Shown piece by piece: positions 51,602 to 64,000 of a DNA stretch of 64,000 bases. The stretch comes from Paraspadella gotoi (taxonomy: Eukaryota; Animalia; Chaetognatha). Both the position numbers and the translations under genes were made by a program. The notes beneath the pieces are model-generated. The model did not search any database and was not told where the DNA came from. It was given only the letters and a program-made list of their open reading frames with translations. Within the stretch, counting starts at the first letter, position 1, and each line of letters starts with the position of its first letter. Location of the stretch: contig JBJCIZ010000239.1 of NCBI GenBank assembly GCA_051294375.1, forward strand, positions 7,068,852 through 7,132,851. Reading direction: 5' to 3'.

Positions 51602-52162
51602 GTAAAGGAGGATGAGATAGAGGGAGGAATGGAGAGCGAGAGAGAGAGAACCGAAAGAGGAAGTATGGAGAGGACTGTGACAGGATGAGTAGAGAGAGAG
51701 AGAATGTCACCGTGATGAATAGGCGAGTTTCAGATCTGTGTTAGATGGAAAATGGAACACTCGTTGAAGAAGCGGATGAAGAACAAAAGCTCATATTTAC
51801 CCTAGATATGCTAATATAGTATAGATAGGCAGATAAGTAGTTTATAAGAATGAGAAAAAGATTGAATTTTTCACAACAAAAAATTTTTTCGCAATATGTT
51901 ACATACGAGGTTTTTGAATAGAGCATTGGATATCTTTTAGTTGGTAAAGGCAATTTGACATTGATGAAGAATAAAAATGTTATTGTATTAACAATATTAA
52001 GAATCTATTATAATAAAAACATCAATCTTTTCCTTATCTAAATTCAACAACAAAATGAGAAAAAAAAACAAACAAAAAATACGAATAAAAAATAGTGATG
52101 TAAGTGAATAAGAATAATATAGATTGTCGTATGACTTCTCTCTCTGCGGATCGTGCTCACAG

Positions 52163-52164
<2 letters not shown>

Positions 52165-52199
<35 letters not shown>

Positions 52200-52589
52200 A
52201 GAAAAAAAGTGGTTCTTAGGTTTACAAATAAAAATATTAGGTATTTAATGATATTAATAAAAATATAAAAATGTATAAATCAAAATATTACGGAGGTAAT
52301 AAATTAGGCTCGGAGAGAGTTTTGATTGAAAGCTTGCAGGGTCTTGCTATACTATTATATTCTCAAGTCTCAACTGCTTACTTTTTCCACACATCTCTGT
52401 CTTGTAATACTTATCTTATTACTGTAAATGCTGTTTGTATGAATTTGTATCATTCCCAAGTCAAGGGCATATAGCTTCGTTAATGAATGAATCTATATAT
52501 TTTTTTGGTTGAAAGAGAGAGATTGCAGAGAGACGAAGAAGAGAGAGAGACGAGAGGGAGAGAGAGAGTAGGAGGAGAGAAGAGAGCGA

Positions 52590-52620
<31 letters not shown>

Positions 52621-54040
52621 GAGGAGAAAAACGATAGAAGAGATGAGAGAAGTAGAGAGAGATTCGTCTGCCAGTTATCAGTAATTTTGCTTAAGTCAAA
52701 CAAGGTCATACCGGTGGAGGGGTATAGCGAATGACGATGGATTTGTAATAGAGTAGAGAATAGAGGAGCGCAGAGAGAGAGAGAGAGAGGAGAGAGGATG
52801 GAGGAAGACGAGAGAGAAAGATCTGTAGAGAGACGGAGAGAGCAGAGAAGAGCAAGCTTATGGAAGGTCGTTATTTGGTAGAGGAACGTCTGTCGTCTGT
52901 CTAATTGCGAGACGAAGCGAGTCGAATGATGAAGATGCCACAGATATAAATTGTGACGTAATAAGTTTGAAATATCAATAATAATCACTAATGCAAAACC
53001 AAAAAAAATATATAGGGAGACATACACATTACACACATTATGAGAAAGAGAGAGAAAGAGAGAGATTTAAAATTCTTATAAAAAATATTATATTTCGCTT
53101 AAATTTTCGCTAACCTCCAAGACAGCTAATACTTCTTACTAGTACGGTTTCCGGCAGTCAAAAACCCTAATGGTCGCGATAGCCGACCAAATTAAAATTT
53201 TAATGGGAACGGTATTAAACGAATCCATTCATGGTATTAGTTATTGGGTTAAAACATTTTTTTGCAAAAATGTTCCGAACCATGAGTAATTCGCTAATTA
53301 AAATTATTATTTTGCTATATAATGTAAAACAGTTTTATATTTTAAGTTTTTTTAATTGATTCTGATAGAGCTCAAAAAGTTAGGCAAAAAATATAATTAC
53401 AACTTTTTAAAATTTTGATGTTTCGTTACTAAAAATGAGCAAAAACTATTAAAATTATCGGATGATGATGATGAGGATGATTTTTTAAAAATATTGTAAA
53501 AAGAATTATACTTTGTGTAGACAACTTTTTATAAGCTATCTGAATCTGCTTTTAAAAATACAAAATGCCAAAAAATTTTTTTGACATTTCCCATCTATAA
53601 ATAAATATTAAAAAATTAATTACTAATGCTGCTAGCCATTTTAGAAAATTTTGGTCCATTGAAAGTTTTCTCAGAAATGTATGAAGTTTCATTTGGGAAG
53701 GTTCCCAAATCAAACTTCTGACCAACCCCATTGACAAAGTTTGGCTCTACTTATGGTAAACGAGCGATATTATATTAAAACCCCTACAAGCACTTCTTAA
53801 ATGCCTATTATACTATGACGACGACGACAAAGTAGGGAATTCACTCACGTCAATAAAGTCCAGAGAAACCTTGAACTCGATCAGAATTATATTTTTTGAC
53901 AATGGCGATGATGACGACGAAAAAACCGGGACGACGACGATGATGACCATGACGACGATGAGAAGGACGACGACGACAACGACGACGACGACGCTGGCGC
54001 CGACCTTGAGAAAATGGCGACTTCCATTCAGACAAAAAAT
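52165..54040 (-). repeat. Inverted copy of about 39035-41040
   Basis: For example MGLVRSLIWEP occurs on + at 39339-39521 and on - at 53552-53737. Confidence 0.93.
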
Positions 54041-54984
54041 NNNNNNNNNNNNNNNNNNNNNNNNNCGCGCCCAGGCTGCGGGGCGGGGGGAGAGAGAGAT
54101 TATCCGGTGCCGTCACGCTCTCCCCCCGCGGCGAGCCGCGCGCGGCGTCGGGCGGTGTTGTTCGTGAGCGGGTGGTGCGCGGAGCGGCCCCCGGGCCGGG
54201 ACTGGGCATCGCCGTGTCCAGGGCGTGTCGCTCGTCGCCGCTCCGCGAGCTGCCCGCCGCGGTCCGTGCGCCGCGCCGCCGCCCCGCCCGCGCGCGCGCG
54301 GGCGGTCGGCCGCGCCGCGGGGCCGTCTGTTTGTGCCGTTCCGTCTGGTGTCCAGGAGCAAGGACACAAGCGCGAAGTGGTGGCAAGGAGCAGATGAAGC
54401 GCTAAAGTCAGAAGTTATGGGCGAGAGCGGGGGAGCGAGGCGGGACGACGAGAGTGAAGGCGGACGGAGCGGAATGGAACGAGTGGACAATGGACGAGCG
54501 ACAGAGGTGAGCGTAGGACGAGATAGCTAGACGACGGGAGTCGTGCAAGGTAGTGTTGCCGAGGTATAGTGTTATGTCGATTCATATGCTAGAAGAGTGG
54601 CTATGAAAGGAAGTGAGTAGGGAAGGAAGGGAGAGAGAGGAGAGAGAGAGGAGAGAGCAGAGAGAGAGGAGAGAGCAGAAGAAGAGAGAGAGAGAGAGTA
54701 GAGAGAGAGAGAGAGAGAGAGAGAGTGCGTTTGAGGTCGGCAGTGTCCTCGGAATGCCTGAGAGGCCTGCAAAAAAAAAATAAGAGGGAAAGAATTTTTT
54801 AGATATGAAGAATAAACTATATCGGAAATATTGACGACGTCGTAGCTATTGTTTACGTCATTGTCGTCGTCATTGTCATTGTTATTGTCGTCGTCATTGT
54901 CGTCGTCGTCGTTGCATAATTTGATTTAGTCTCATTGTCTTGCACACTTCGAGCTTGTTTGCTCTGGAACCAGACCACGGACAA

Positions 54985-55130
54985 ACAGACGGACGGACGG
55001 ACGGACGGTCGGAGGGAGAGACAGTGGAACGGATGCATGGACGGACGTACGAACAAACGGAGGGTCGGATTGCCGGTAGAATGGACGGACGGATAGATGG
55101 ATGGACACAGGTACAGACGGACGGACAGAT
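54985..55130 (+). repeat. Degenerate (GACG/GATG)n microsatellite
   Basis: Direct reading. Confidence 0.85.
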
Positions 55131-58100
55131 GAAAATATATCAATATAGTTGGCTTATTTTGGTTTCCTTCCCTNNNNNNNNNNNNNNNNNNNNNNNNNNN
55201 NNNNNNNNNNNNNNNNNNNNNNNNNNNNNNNNNNNNNNNNNNNNNNNNNNNNNNNNNNNNNNNNNNNNNNNNNNNNNNNNNNNNNNNNNNNNNNNNNNNN
55301 NNNNNNNNNNNNNNNNNNNNNNNNNNNNNNNNNNNNGGGAGAGCATGCATTGTAGCTTTCTCATACCCCTCGCCATAATACAGTAACGGGTTCTGGACAA
55401 TGTACATTGTACTTTGTACATAGAACCAAGATCTCGGAGGTTTCTACGCCCACGGGCGTCGCCCCCCCCCCCGCTAGAACGACCTTCCTCACGCATCCCG
55501 CTGGTAAAGTTTTGTTTATGATTAAATCGTTGGTCTTGTGGTCAAGAGATACAACAATAACGACAACAACAACGACAACGACAACGACAACAAATTAAGT
55601 TTGTTTTTGGGTTTAATAATTAAGTTAAAGGTTAAAGATACGTAGGGATTATGATAAGGGATTAGGGTAATGGATTAGGGTTAGGGATCAAAAGATTAAA
55701 CTTTTGAAAAAAATATTTGGTTTAATCCTTTCTTTTCGTTGCCGTTTGGATTTTACGTTAAATACAAAAATCGTTGTTTTGTAACCAAAATAAAAACTTT
55801 GTTTTCTTGAAAAAATATTTAAATTAAGTTTAACGAATAAGAATTTAAACGGGGTGCTCTTGGAAAATAGAGCCGGCGACGTCTCCCTTTTCTTTTTTTC
55901 CTTTTATTTTTTTTATTCTAATCCTTTTTCGCCCCCCTACGTTTAATTAGTTTTTGCTCACCGGGAGAGTGAGAGAGAGAGAGAGATGAGAGAGTAGAGC
56001 TGTCTCTTTCCGAGAGAAGATGGAGAGAGAGAGCAGAGCAGACGCATTATGAGATGAGAGAGAGACTGAAAGAGAGAGAATTGAAATCGAATATAAGTAT
56101 AGAGATGAGAAAGATTGAGAGATAGAGCAGATAAAAGAAAAATTGGAAGAAAGTACTAAAAAGTAATTACTCAGAAAAGAAACGAGGAAAAAGTGAGTAA
56201 GAAAGTCAAGAAAAATGAAGAAAAAAACCAGAAGGAAAAAAAAAGAACTAAGTAATAACTCAAAGGACTGAGCAGATAGTAAAGAGAAGAAAAGGCAAGG
56301 ATAAAAAAAGAAGAAAAAAAAGAAAGGAGAGAAATTCTAGTGAAAGCCGTCCTGTGTCTCTTCCTCACAATCTTCTAAATCCAATAAATCCATTTTTTCA
56401 ATCTCAAGAAATTCATTTCGATTCGACGAAAAAAATTTGAATCGAAAATAACAATAACAACCAACCGCTGCTGCGGCAGCCGCTGCTACGGTCGCCGGGC
56501 TTCAGCTTGCCTCCTGCCGCGGCCGATCGAATCCATCATCTATTCTTCGTTAATTAATTTGCGGACGTCGACCGGAGTCGCGCGTTGCAAGACGACCCAA
56601 CGAGTTGGTCGACGTTGCTTTGACGTTCATTTGCATGGAGTCATCGTTTAATCGTTGATTTTTTTACCTTTGGAAGAATTACTTCGTTTTCTTATTTCCT
56701 TCACATTTTGTAAAATCACAAATTTTTAACCAAAATTCTCGATTCATAAAAAAAAAATATAAAGAAAAAAAATAATTTATAAAATGAGAAAGACGAGGGC
56801 GAGAAAGCGTTGTACGGATAACTGAGTGATGTTTTGTGGTAAAATCTGGGGAAGGCGAGGATATAAAATGAGTTGAAAAAGCTCTAAAAGAGAGTGATGC
56901 AGAATGAGAATAGAAGCCGAGAGACGATTTGAGGAAGTAGAAATCAAGCATAATATTAATTTGACAGCGACTAATACAAACAGGATTCATTTTTTGCAAA
57001 ACTTTGAAAATCCTTCCGGAATCCTTTATTTATTCTAACAAATTTCTTTAGGTCGCTCGAAGACTCTTTCTAACATAAATAAAATCTCTTCTCACTCTCT
57101 ACTCTCTCTCTCCTCTTTCCTCTTACTCCTCAAAATCTCTCTCTCTCTCTCCGCGAACTTCTCCTTAAAACTCTAATCTCTTAACTTACCTATTTCTCTG
57201 ACACGAGAGTATCAGAATCCCCGATGGAATGAAATGACGTGATGAGGCTTCGCGAGAGATCGAACCTTGATTTCATACGTTCATCCGCAGCGCTCTGATT
57301 CACTAGGACAGAATTATTATCTTAATGCGGATGCAAAATATTCGAGGCAAAAAAAACCACTTTTGCAATATGCTAGAATATTACCAACAATAATTGTATT
57401 AAATTTTATTACAAGTTGAGTTTTAAACGAAAATACTTCAAATGTTCCACAGAGTTCTAATAAAAATATTCCCTATCCAATCGGATTGATTACTGGTGAG
57501 CCTATATAAAATTAGGCAAAAAATTAATACTTTTGCTGCAAAACAATTTTTAAGCCTACTTTATAATTTGTGGTGCATTTGTTAGGAGGCGTTTTATTTG
57601 AACTAAAGCCTCGATTTTTGACTTTATTTTTATAGTTTTAATAGAATGAGAAACACACTAAAGTTGAAAAATAAAAAAAACCGCCTCTTTTATTGAAAGG
57701 CGGAAGCGTTCAGAAGAGTTAATTTTCTCTCAATCGACAGCTTTTTTGCGGAAAAAAATTTCCTGCTCTAGAAAAAAATTCTGACGATTATTTTTAAATC
57801 TGCTAGCGCAAACAAAGCATTCACACTTTGAATAAATCATAACGCTACCCAAAGATTTTCTTACAATACATTTGATGGATTTCCTTTCTTTTCGTGGTAA
57901 ATAGATTTAGGTAAAACCCAATTTTTTATTTTCACAACGAGTTTATTTATTAAAATTAATCAACATGTTTTTTCGAACGTTGTCCGGTTCTTCGTGCAGT
58001 GCCAAATTTACATTTTGAATTACAAAGTTTTTGCAGGATAGCATTTGAGAGAGAGAGAGTGGGGAGAGATGGACACAGAAGAGTGTGAGGGAGAGAAGAG

Positions 58101-61100
58101 AGAGATGATGAGATGTGAGATGTACTGAGATGGCGTAGAGAGGGGAGGACAGAATGGGAATGTCATTGCAAAGAAAAGGAAAAGGCCGGGACCCCCGGGG
58201 TGTGAAGTTCAGAGGGGGTGAAGGTGGTGAGGATTGGAGGGACAGAGGAATGAGACTGGTGGCGGCACCGAGATTAAAGGACAGGGGAATACCGTCTTGG
58301 GAGAGAAGAGGACGTTAGAGCATTTATAAATTATGCCATATAAATGTCGACGCGATGTATATGCAGCGCCACAGAGACAAAGGGCGGGAAGAGAAAAGCT
58401 GAGAACACTCAAGTAATGGTGTGGAACGAGCGACAGGATTATCATCACTCGCAGATCGGGCACTTGTTAGAGTAAGATTATAACTTTACATTTGAAACAA
58501 TGTATAAGACCCAAAAATAAATTTTAAACTAAATGATAGTAGGAGTAAATAAATTTAATAACAACTTAACTTGAATAATATGAGTTTAGTATTTTGGAAA
58601 AATGAAAAGGGAAATTTGAAGTTTGTGAAAAGAAAAAGAAAAAGAAAGAAGCTCAGAAGTGAGCTGCCCCCTCCCCCTTTAGGGCGATACAGATTGAGCG
58701 GTCAAGCTGGCAGATTGGAGCTGTCATCTGGGATGGTCATTTGGCTGCGGACTGGGTAGGTTGGAATGCGACCCTTATGTCGACGAGACCTGTCAATTCT
58801 GCGAGAGAGCTTGCCCTCTTCTCTCCTGCTGAGGAGGCGGGGCCTGGTCCCCTTCTTTCCTGCTGGCAGCTGCTCTTAGAACCCCGGCCATCTTCCAGCT
58901 GAAGCCGTCTTTTGTCGCCAGGATGCAGAAGAGTCAAATCCATTGTTTACAATTAAATTTTTAAAATTTTTATTACATCCAGTATTATATAAAAGCAAAA
59001 AAAAATAGGGAGTTTTGTAGAATGAGAAAAAAGATAGAGAAGAGAGAGCTCTAGAGTGGCAAAAAAAAGTTGCAGGGAGAGAGAGAGAAAAGGAGGTGGA
59101 TAGAAATGAATATATGGGGGAGAAGGGGAGGAACAGAACAATTAAGAGAGAAAGAAAAGTATAAGAAAGAGCGGAAGAAAAAGAATCAGAAGAGGAGAGA
59201 GAAAGACAGATGGATAGCAGAGGAAGGGAAATAAAGGTAAAGGAGAAAAGAAGGATGACACAGAGAAATATTGATGACAGAAAAGTTGGAGATAGGGGGA
59301 GAAAGGAACAGAGAGAAAGAGAGAGAAAAAAGAGAGAAGTCAGAGAGAAAAAATAGTGAAAAAAATGAAAAAAGTTTTAAAATATAGTGTGCCGTTTTTT
59401 TTGCCTACTAGCTTTAGTATATCTTAAAAAACGCGGATAGATCTGACGAAAGCAATTGTAAATCTTTAGTTTTAGTTGTGCAATCTTAAAATAATTAGGG
59501 CAGATACCATGATTAGAATGATTAACGTAAAAGAAATTATGGTCTTACCGTATTTTGAAAGCATAGTAAATTCACCCAGTGAGTTCTATGTTATAAGGAG
59601 AGATAACTATAGGCTTAACTTATAGCCCAAACCCTTTTTTTTAATAAGCGCTGCCCTCATATTTATCAGTAGAGCAAAAATATAAATAATAGTATTTAAA
59701 AAATCCCGAATAGAAAATCACTGCCCCTAGGACTAAGCTCTACGACAAAGGTTTTTTTTAATATATTCTTTTACCGCAAAGATAAGAATGATGCGCAAAG
59801 AGTGTAGTTAATATTAAGTTATCAAAAAATCTGACCATAAATATAGAAAATATTAAGGAAAATTCTTCGCGAAAATCCACCCTTTCTTTGCGAAGTTCGC
59901 CATTATAGAAGATTTTTCCGAATTCTGACTCCGGTTTGAAAAACTCTTAGAATTCCGATCGTTAGCTCTTCTTTTACTTTTACTTTAAATAAAAATTTCA
60001 CCCAAAATGGACTAATTCCACTTTCCATGATCGTATTCATATCAAAATAATCAAATAAATGTAAAGAAAAATCTTGAGAGCCCTTCAGACAACTTTGCCA
60101 AAAGGATTCTAAAATTGGACATCATTTGTTGAACAGGAACATACCTTCAGCACGTTTATATTGTTTCAAAGAAAAAAAAATCCCTTTCATTTCTATGAAA
60201 TCAGAGATAGAAATTTTTCCATTCCAGAAGCAGTCTATTTGTCTCGGCTTGGTTGATATCAAGATGTTTGATGATTTGACAGCAGAAAAAAAAATGCGAG
60301 CCCTTTCAGTTGCAAACAGGATCGGTAATCAAGAGTTTTACATCGATATTTTACCAGATTTTTTACCAGGAGCATTTAAATATATTGTTTGGAAGTCAGA
60401 TTTGAACGAAAATACTAACCATGAAAAAGTCTTCCTCGGATCTCTAAGAACGACGCAGACTCCTACTTATCCTCTCTCAAAGCACCTTTCCTTCGATCGA
60501 GCGGAGATCTTTATGGGAGGACTCTTCGGCAACCCAAACCTGCGGCCTAATTATTTTTCAACGATTTTTTATTATTTTTTTTTTTTTGAATGGTTTACTT
60601 ACTCTTTATTTCTTGGAAGGATACCATTTTATTTTATTCGATTTTATTCGAGGCCCAGCGTTGATTCTTTAAATCAAACCTCACAACAAAATTCGTATAT
60701 TCATTTTCATCGCCGATTATATGATGACTTATAATTAAAGTAATAATCTTAAAGACATATTATTCCTTTTTTTAAATTTCTTCCGCCCGAATCGACTAAA
60801 ACGATGTGCCGAGCTTAACCCATCTTCCTTTCTAACCAAGGCCATTCATTTTCGAATAACCCCAGTTGCATTATTCAGCGAAAAAACGAACAAAAGAACA
60901 AAACAAAATAGAAATAAACAAACAAGATGCGACGACGACGACCGGACGACAATGGCGACGACGCCGGGTAGAAACAACCATAACGACTCGAAGCTTGTTG
61001 AAATCGCGCGGCTTAATTATTGAACATAAGACATCGAAATGGATAATAAATAAACAATAAACTTGAAATGATTATAACGGATGTAGTAGATTGGATTGGT

Positions 61101-61366
61101 GGTTTACGTCAGTCGGTCATTCGGGATGGCGGGCCAGAAACGATCGCCGTCGACGTATTATGAGTCTTGGAACTAATTAATATTAGCAATTAAACATACG
61201 AGCACTAGTAGACCCAAACTTTGTCAATGGGTGGGTCTGAAGTTTGATTGAGAAACCTTCCCAAATGAAACTTCATACATTTCTGTATATATTATACTCT
61301 TTTAACTTACAATTGACCAAAAATTTTATAAAATGGACTAGATAGCACTAGTAGTATTAGTGTAAT

Positions 61367-61397
61367 ACGAGCCAGGACACGGCGTTGCCGGGTCCTG
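61367..61397 (-). mobile_element. Possible Helitron 3' terminus
   Basis: GC-rich hairpin caggacccggcaacgccgtgtcctg followed by gctcgt (CTRR-like but imperfect) on the minus strand. Confidence 0.35.
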
Positions 61398-61999
61398 ACC
61401 TCTATTAATGTTATAGGAATTTATGCGCTTACGTTTGTGACGTAGTACGTCGTCGTCGTCGTCACGCTATTTTTGAAATAAAAACTATATCTCTTATAGG
61501 TTTTGGCTGGAACTCTACCGTTTTTTTTAAAATAAAAATTATTTATATATATAAAGTTTTTACAAAAGTGTGCGATCTATATAAGTTTAAAAATAGATAT
61601 GGCTTCTCATCTTGAATATATCTATATTTTTCTTATTACATTGGATTTAAGATTTTTAAATTTTCCTCACTTCATTCATATTTACTGCGCAAATTCAAAT
61701 GAGATTATAGTACTCATTATAATCATCCAATATATGTAAATAGAAATGCTTTAATCTAATTTACATATTGCAGTATATAATATGAGATCAAATCAACAAA
61801 AATTTATAATCTATAATAAAATGGAACTCAAAAATACCTTTTTAATGAGAATATATATATTATAAATTAAATACTTAAATTATATTATAATAAAAATCTT
61901 TTACAAGCCATGATTGAAAAAATTTGAAAAAAAATTTCCAAAATGGTAAACAATAGTGTAACTTCTCTTGCTTTCTTTTATTTCTTTAAATTGATGAAT

Positions 62000-64000
62000 A
62001 TATATATTTTTTTCATTTTTATTAGAAAAATGAAATATATAATCGAATATGGTCAGAAGTACTATTTTTAATAAGGCATCATTTGGCTTATGTCAAAGAA
62101 AAATTTAGTAGAAGAAGAAGAGAGGGAAAGGCTGAGGGGGGCAAAAGCTTATTATATATATATCCTCATTTGAGGACAAGGGAAACTAGTTTAGCTAATA
62201 TTTAGTTAGAGGTGAGAAAAATGATTATTTAATTGCGTAGTTTAATTTATGCATTAAAAGTATAAACAAGGTCAGCTTAGAAATGGGTTCAGAGGGCGTT
62301 CCTTTCATGTTGCTCATGAAACATTATATATGGATATGTGTTTAGTAAAGGGGATATTGATGATTAATATTTCAAAATGAATTGTTTTAAAGTAGTGAGT
62401 ATGAATTTAGGAGACTGAACTGACCAGCACAAAAAAATTAGGTGTGAAAGAATGATTTGAAAAGGAAAGATTTTAGCTCAGAAAGACAGGTGTTTTTCAT
62501 AAGGGGAATGGTCCTCGTGGTAGTCGCCTGGGGCTTATTCCCTGTATAATTCGGAAATTCTGGTGCAATTGACTTCATGGAAGTGGATGATATTTATTTT
62601 TTCACGAGTTTGGAGAAGGCCGTGACGAGGTCAATGTCCAGAAGGAGCTGAATCGTCTTATATATAAGAAGGGTGATAGAGAGGAATGTCAAAAATTATA
62701 GACCTGTCAGTTTAGTAAATGCTTAGATTATAAAATATAAGTGGTTGTATTAATGCCAACGATTAGAGAGTTTAACACTGGATTGTGCATGAGGATTCAG
62801 GCAGCTACCAGGGCAGAAAAATATCAGATATTTTGCAATGTAATACAGGATGTCATTAGATTATCTGTAGAATTATGAGGTTAGGAGGGCGCTGTTTGTT
62901 TTTTGGATCATTGATAAATGTGTTTCGATAGGATTGACCCACAGTGTATGTTTTAAAAACTTTAAAAAATTTGTATTTGGGTAGAAATTTGATTAGTTGG
63001 GTAAGGACAATTCTAAATAAGCATAACTAGTAGAATATTAGTTAATGCGGCATTGTCCTGATTGAGAGTAATTTGGTTAGCAGGGGATGAGATAGGGTGA
63101 TTCTCCTTTCAATGACCCCTATATAATTTTAGTGGCTGAGGTTTTTGCAAACTCCATAGGAAGGATAGAATGATAGAAGGTATTAAAATTAAAGGGGTTA
63201 GAGAAAAGTTAGGCGGTCTATGTTGATGCACACTCTAGGGAGTTTTCTAGATGTTCAGAGCCAAGTCAAGTAGAGAGAGTTTATGGAAAAGGCAGTTCGT
63301 TAATGGAAAGTGCAGAGCAGGGTTCACAGGGTTAATAGGGGTTAAGTCAGTGGGGTTTTGGCTGAGGCGACTGAACGCCATATTTTTCCTTCTCTCCTTG
63401 ATTGGAAGGATAAAGCTAAAAGATTATCTGTTGGTCTGGCCTGGAAAGACATTTGCAAAGTCTTAGTGTTAATGTGGGTAGGTCTCGATGTATATTTTGA
63501 TAAATACGAAAAATATTTGCTGATGCTTTTTAAAGGTATCAAGCAAAGTTGACTCATTCGGAAAACTCGGCGTCGATTAGTCAACCTTAGGGAAGAGCAA
63601 AGGTTACTAATTAATTCTGATTATTCTGCTTTATTGGTAACAAGAAACATGAAATTCGTTGACGCCTCCGTGCGGGAGATATTTAATGCTTTAGGAAAAT
63701 GAAAGGATATATATATAGAAAAATTGGATTTTTTATGGTTAGAAAAGAGATTGCTAAGGATAGGCTGAGGGAATTTCTAATTGATAATTGGTGGAGCGCA
63801 ATTAATTGGATATCAAGAGATAAGGTTTAAGCACAGCAGAATAATGTGGATTAAAAGTTGTTAAGCATGCCGAGGGAATCTATATATGCTAGAGTATTTT
63901 AAGCAGATGAGCTTATGAGAGGACAAGCATGCGGCTTTTATGGATTGGATAGCCTTAGGGCAAAAGTAGCGGGATAACCATTTATAATAAGAATCCCTCA
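62000..64000 (+). mobile_element. L1/Tx1-clade LINE ORF2 reverse transcriptase region, heavily frameshifted, running off the window
   Basis: RT motifs in order: LIYKKGDREE (about 62657), NYRPVSLVN..DYKI (about 62694), IVHED..PGRKISD, FLD..FDRID (about 62924), RG.R.GD...YILVAEV, IEGIKI, YVD (about 63219). The 5' boundary is approximate. Confidence 0.88.

Larger units (their letters stand above)
42826..52110 (-). repeat. Noisy inverted copy of about 28610-38295
   Basis: cacctgcgacccggagtcgaattcatcctg (42828) is the near reverse complement of 38264-38292. All landmarks (telomere-like tract, exons, AAAT tract, 33-mer, AGAT tract) recur in reverse order. Confidence 0.96.

Noticed and set aside
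1-52110. A cluster of three or four paralogous Ig genes (Dscam-like or immune-receptor diversification)
   Set aside because: Copies differ by random indels or not at all, introns included, and break at gaps or repeats. This fits redundant assembly of one locus.
52110-52200. SMRTbell adapter remnant at the inversion switch
   Set aside because: CT/AG flanks are present, but the loop does not match the adapter sequence.
53845-54040. Poly-Val hydrophobic stretch with a GTGAGT donor as a signal-peptide exon (mirror 39035-39260)
   Set aside because: Explained by a (GTC)n repeat, and the two copies disagree in frame. Not supportable without RNA data.
57240-57310. tRNA gene (also GTTCGAATCCC at about 12556)
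   Set aside because: Only a B-box-like motif; no cloverleaf could be built. At most a decayed SINE.
58680-58945. GC-richer segment with a 68-aa minus-strand ORF
   Set aside because: No recognisable domain or splice structure.
1-59400. Many ORFs rich in SLSL, ERER, FIYL or IYLS
   Set aside because: Translations of (CT)n/(AG)n, (AAAT)n and (AGAT)n tracts; no coding features.
60126-60734. 202-aa plus-strand ORF
   Set aside because: TTG start, T-run-derived C-terminus, no recognisable motif.

Overview
AT-rich, microsatellite-dense eukaryotic DNA, most likely from an invertebrate animal (taxon not determinable), in a draft assembly with much uncorrected long-read-type indel noise and nine N-gaps, seven of them exactly 25 N. 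Nearly all ORFs in the track are simple-repeat read-through. The real coding signal is one multi-exon gene for an immunoglobulin-superfamily (I-set-like) protein with at least two, probably three or four, Ig domains joined by Gly-rich linkers. Its cleanest copy is on the minus strand (exons about 35069 down to about 22407, GT-AG introns). Most of 1-54800 is this locus shown several times: a base-identical 10.3 kb direct duplication (7594-17933 = 18925-29264, offset 11331), a noisy direct copy (1-7380), and noisy inverted copies (about 42826-52110 and 52165-54040). I read this as assembly/haplotype redundancy rather than a real gene cluster. Also present: several minisatellites, telomere-like tracts, inverted-repeat (MITE-like) and Helentron/DINE-like fragments, tRNA-like SINE heads, and a frameshifted L1/Tx1-type reverse transcriptase at about 62000-64000. 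I found no convincing novel system. The Ig gene and the repeated symmetric exon are the items most worth checking.
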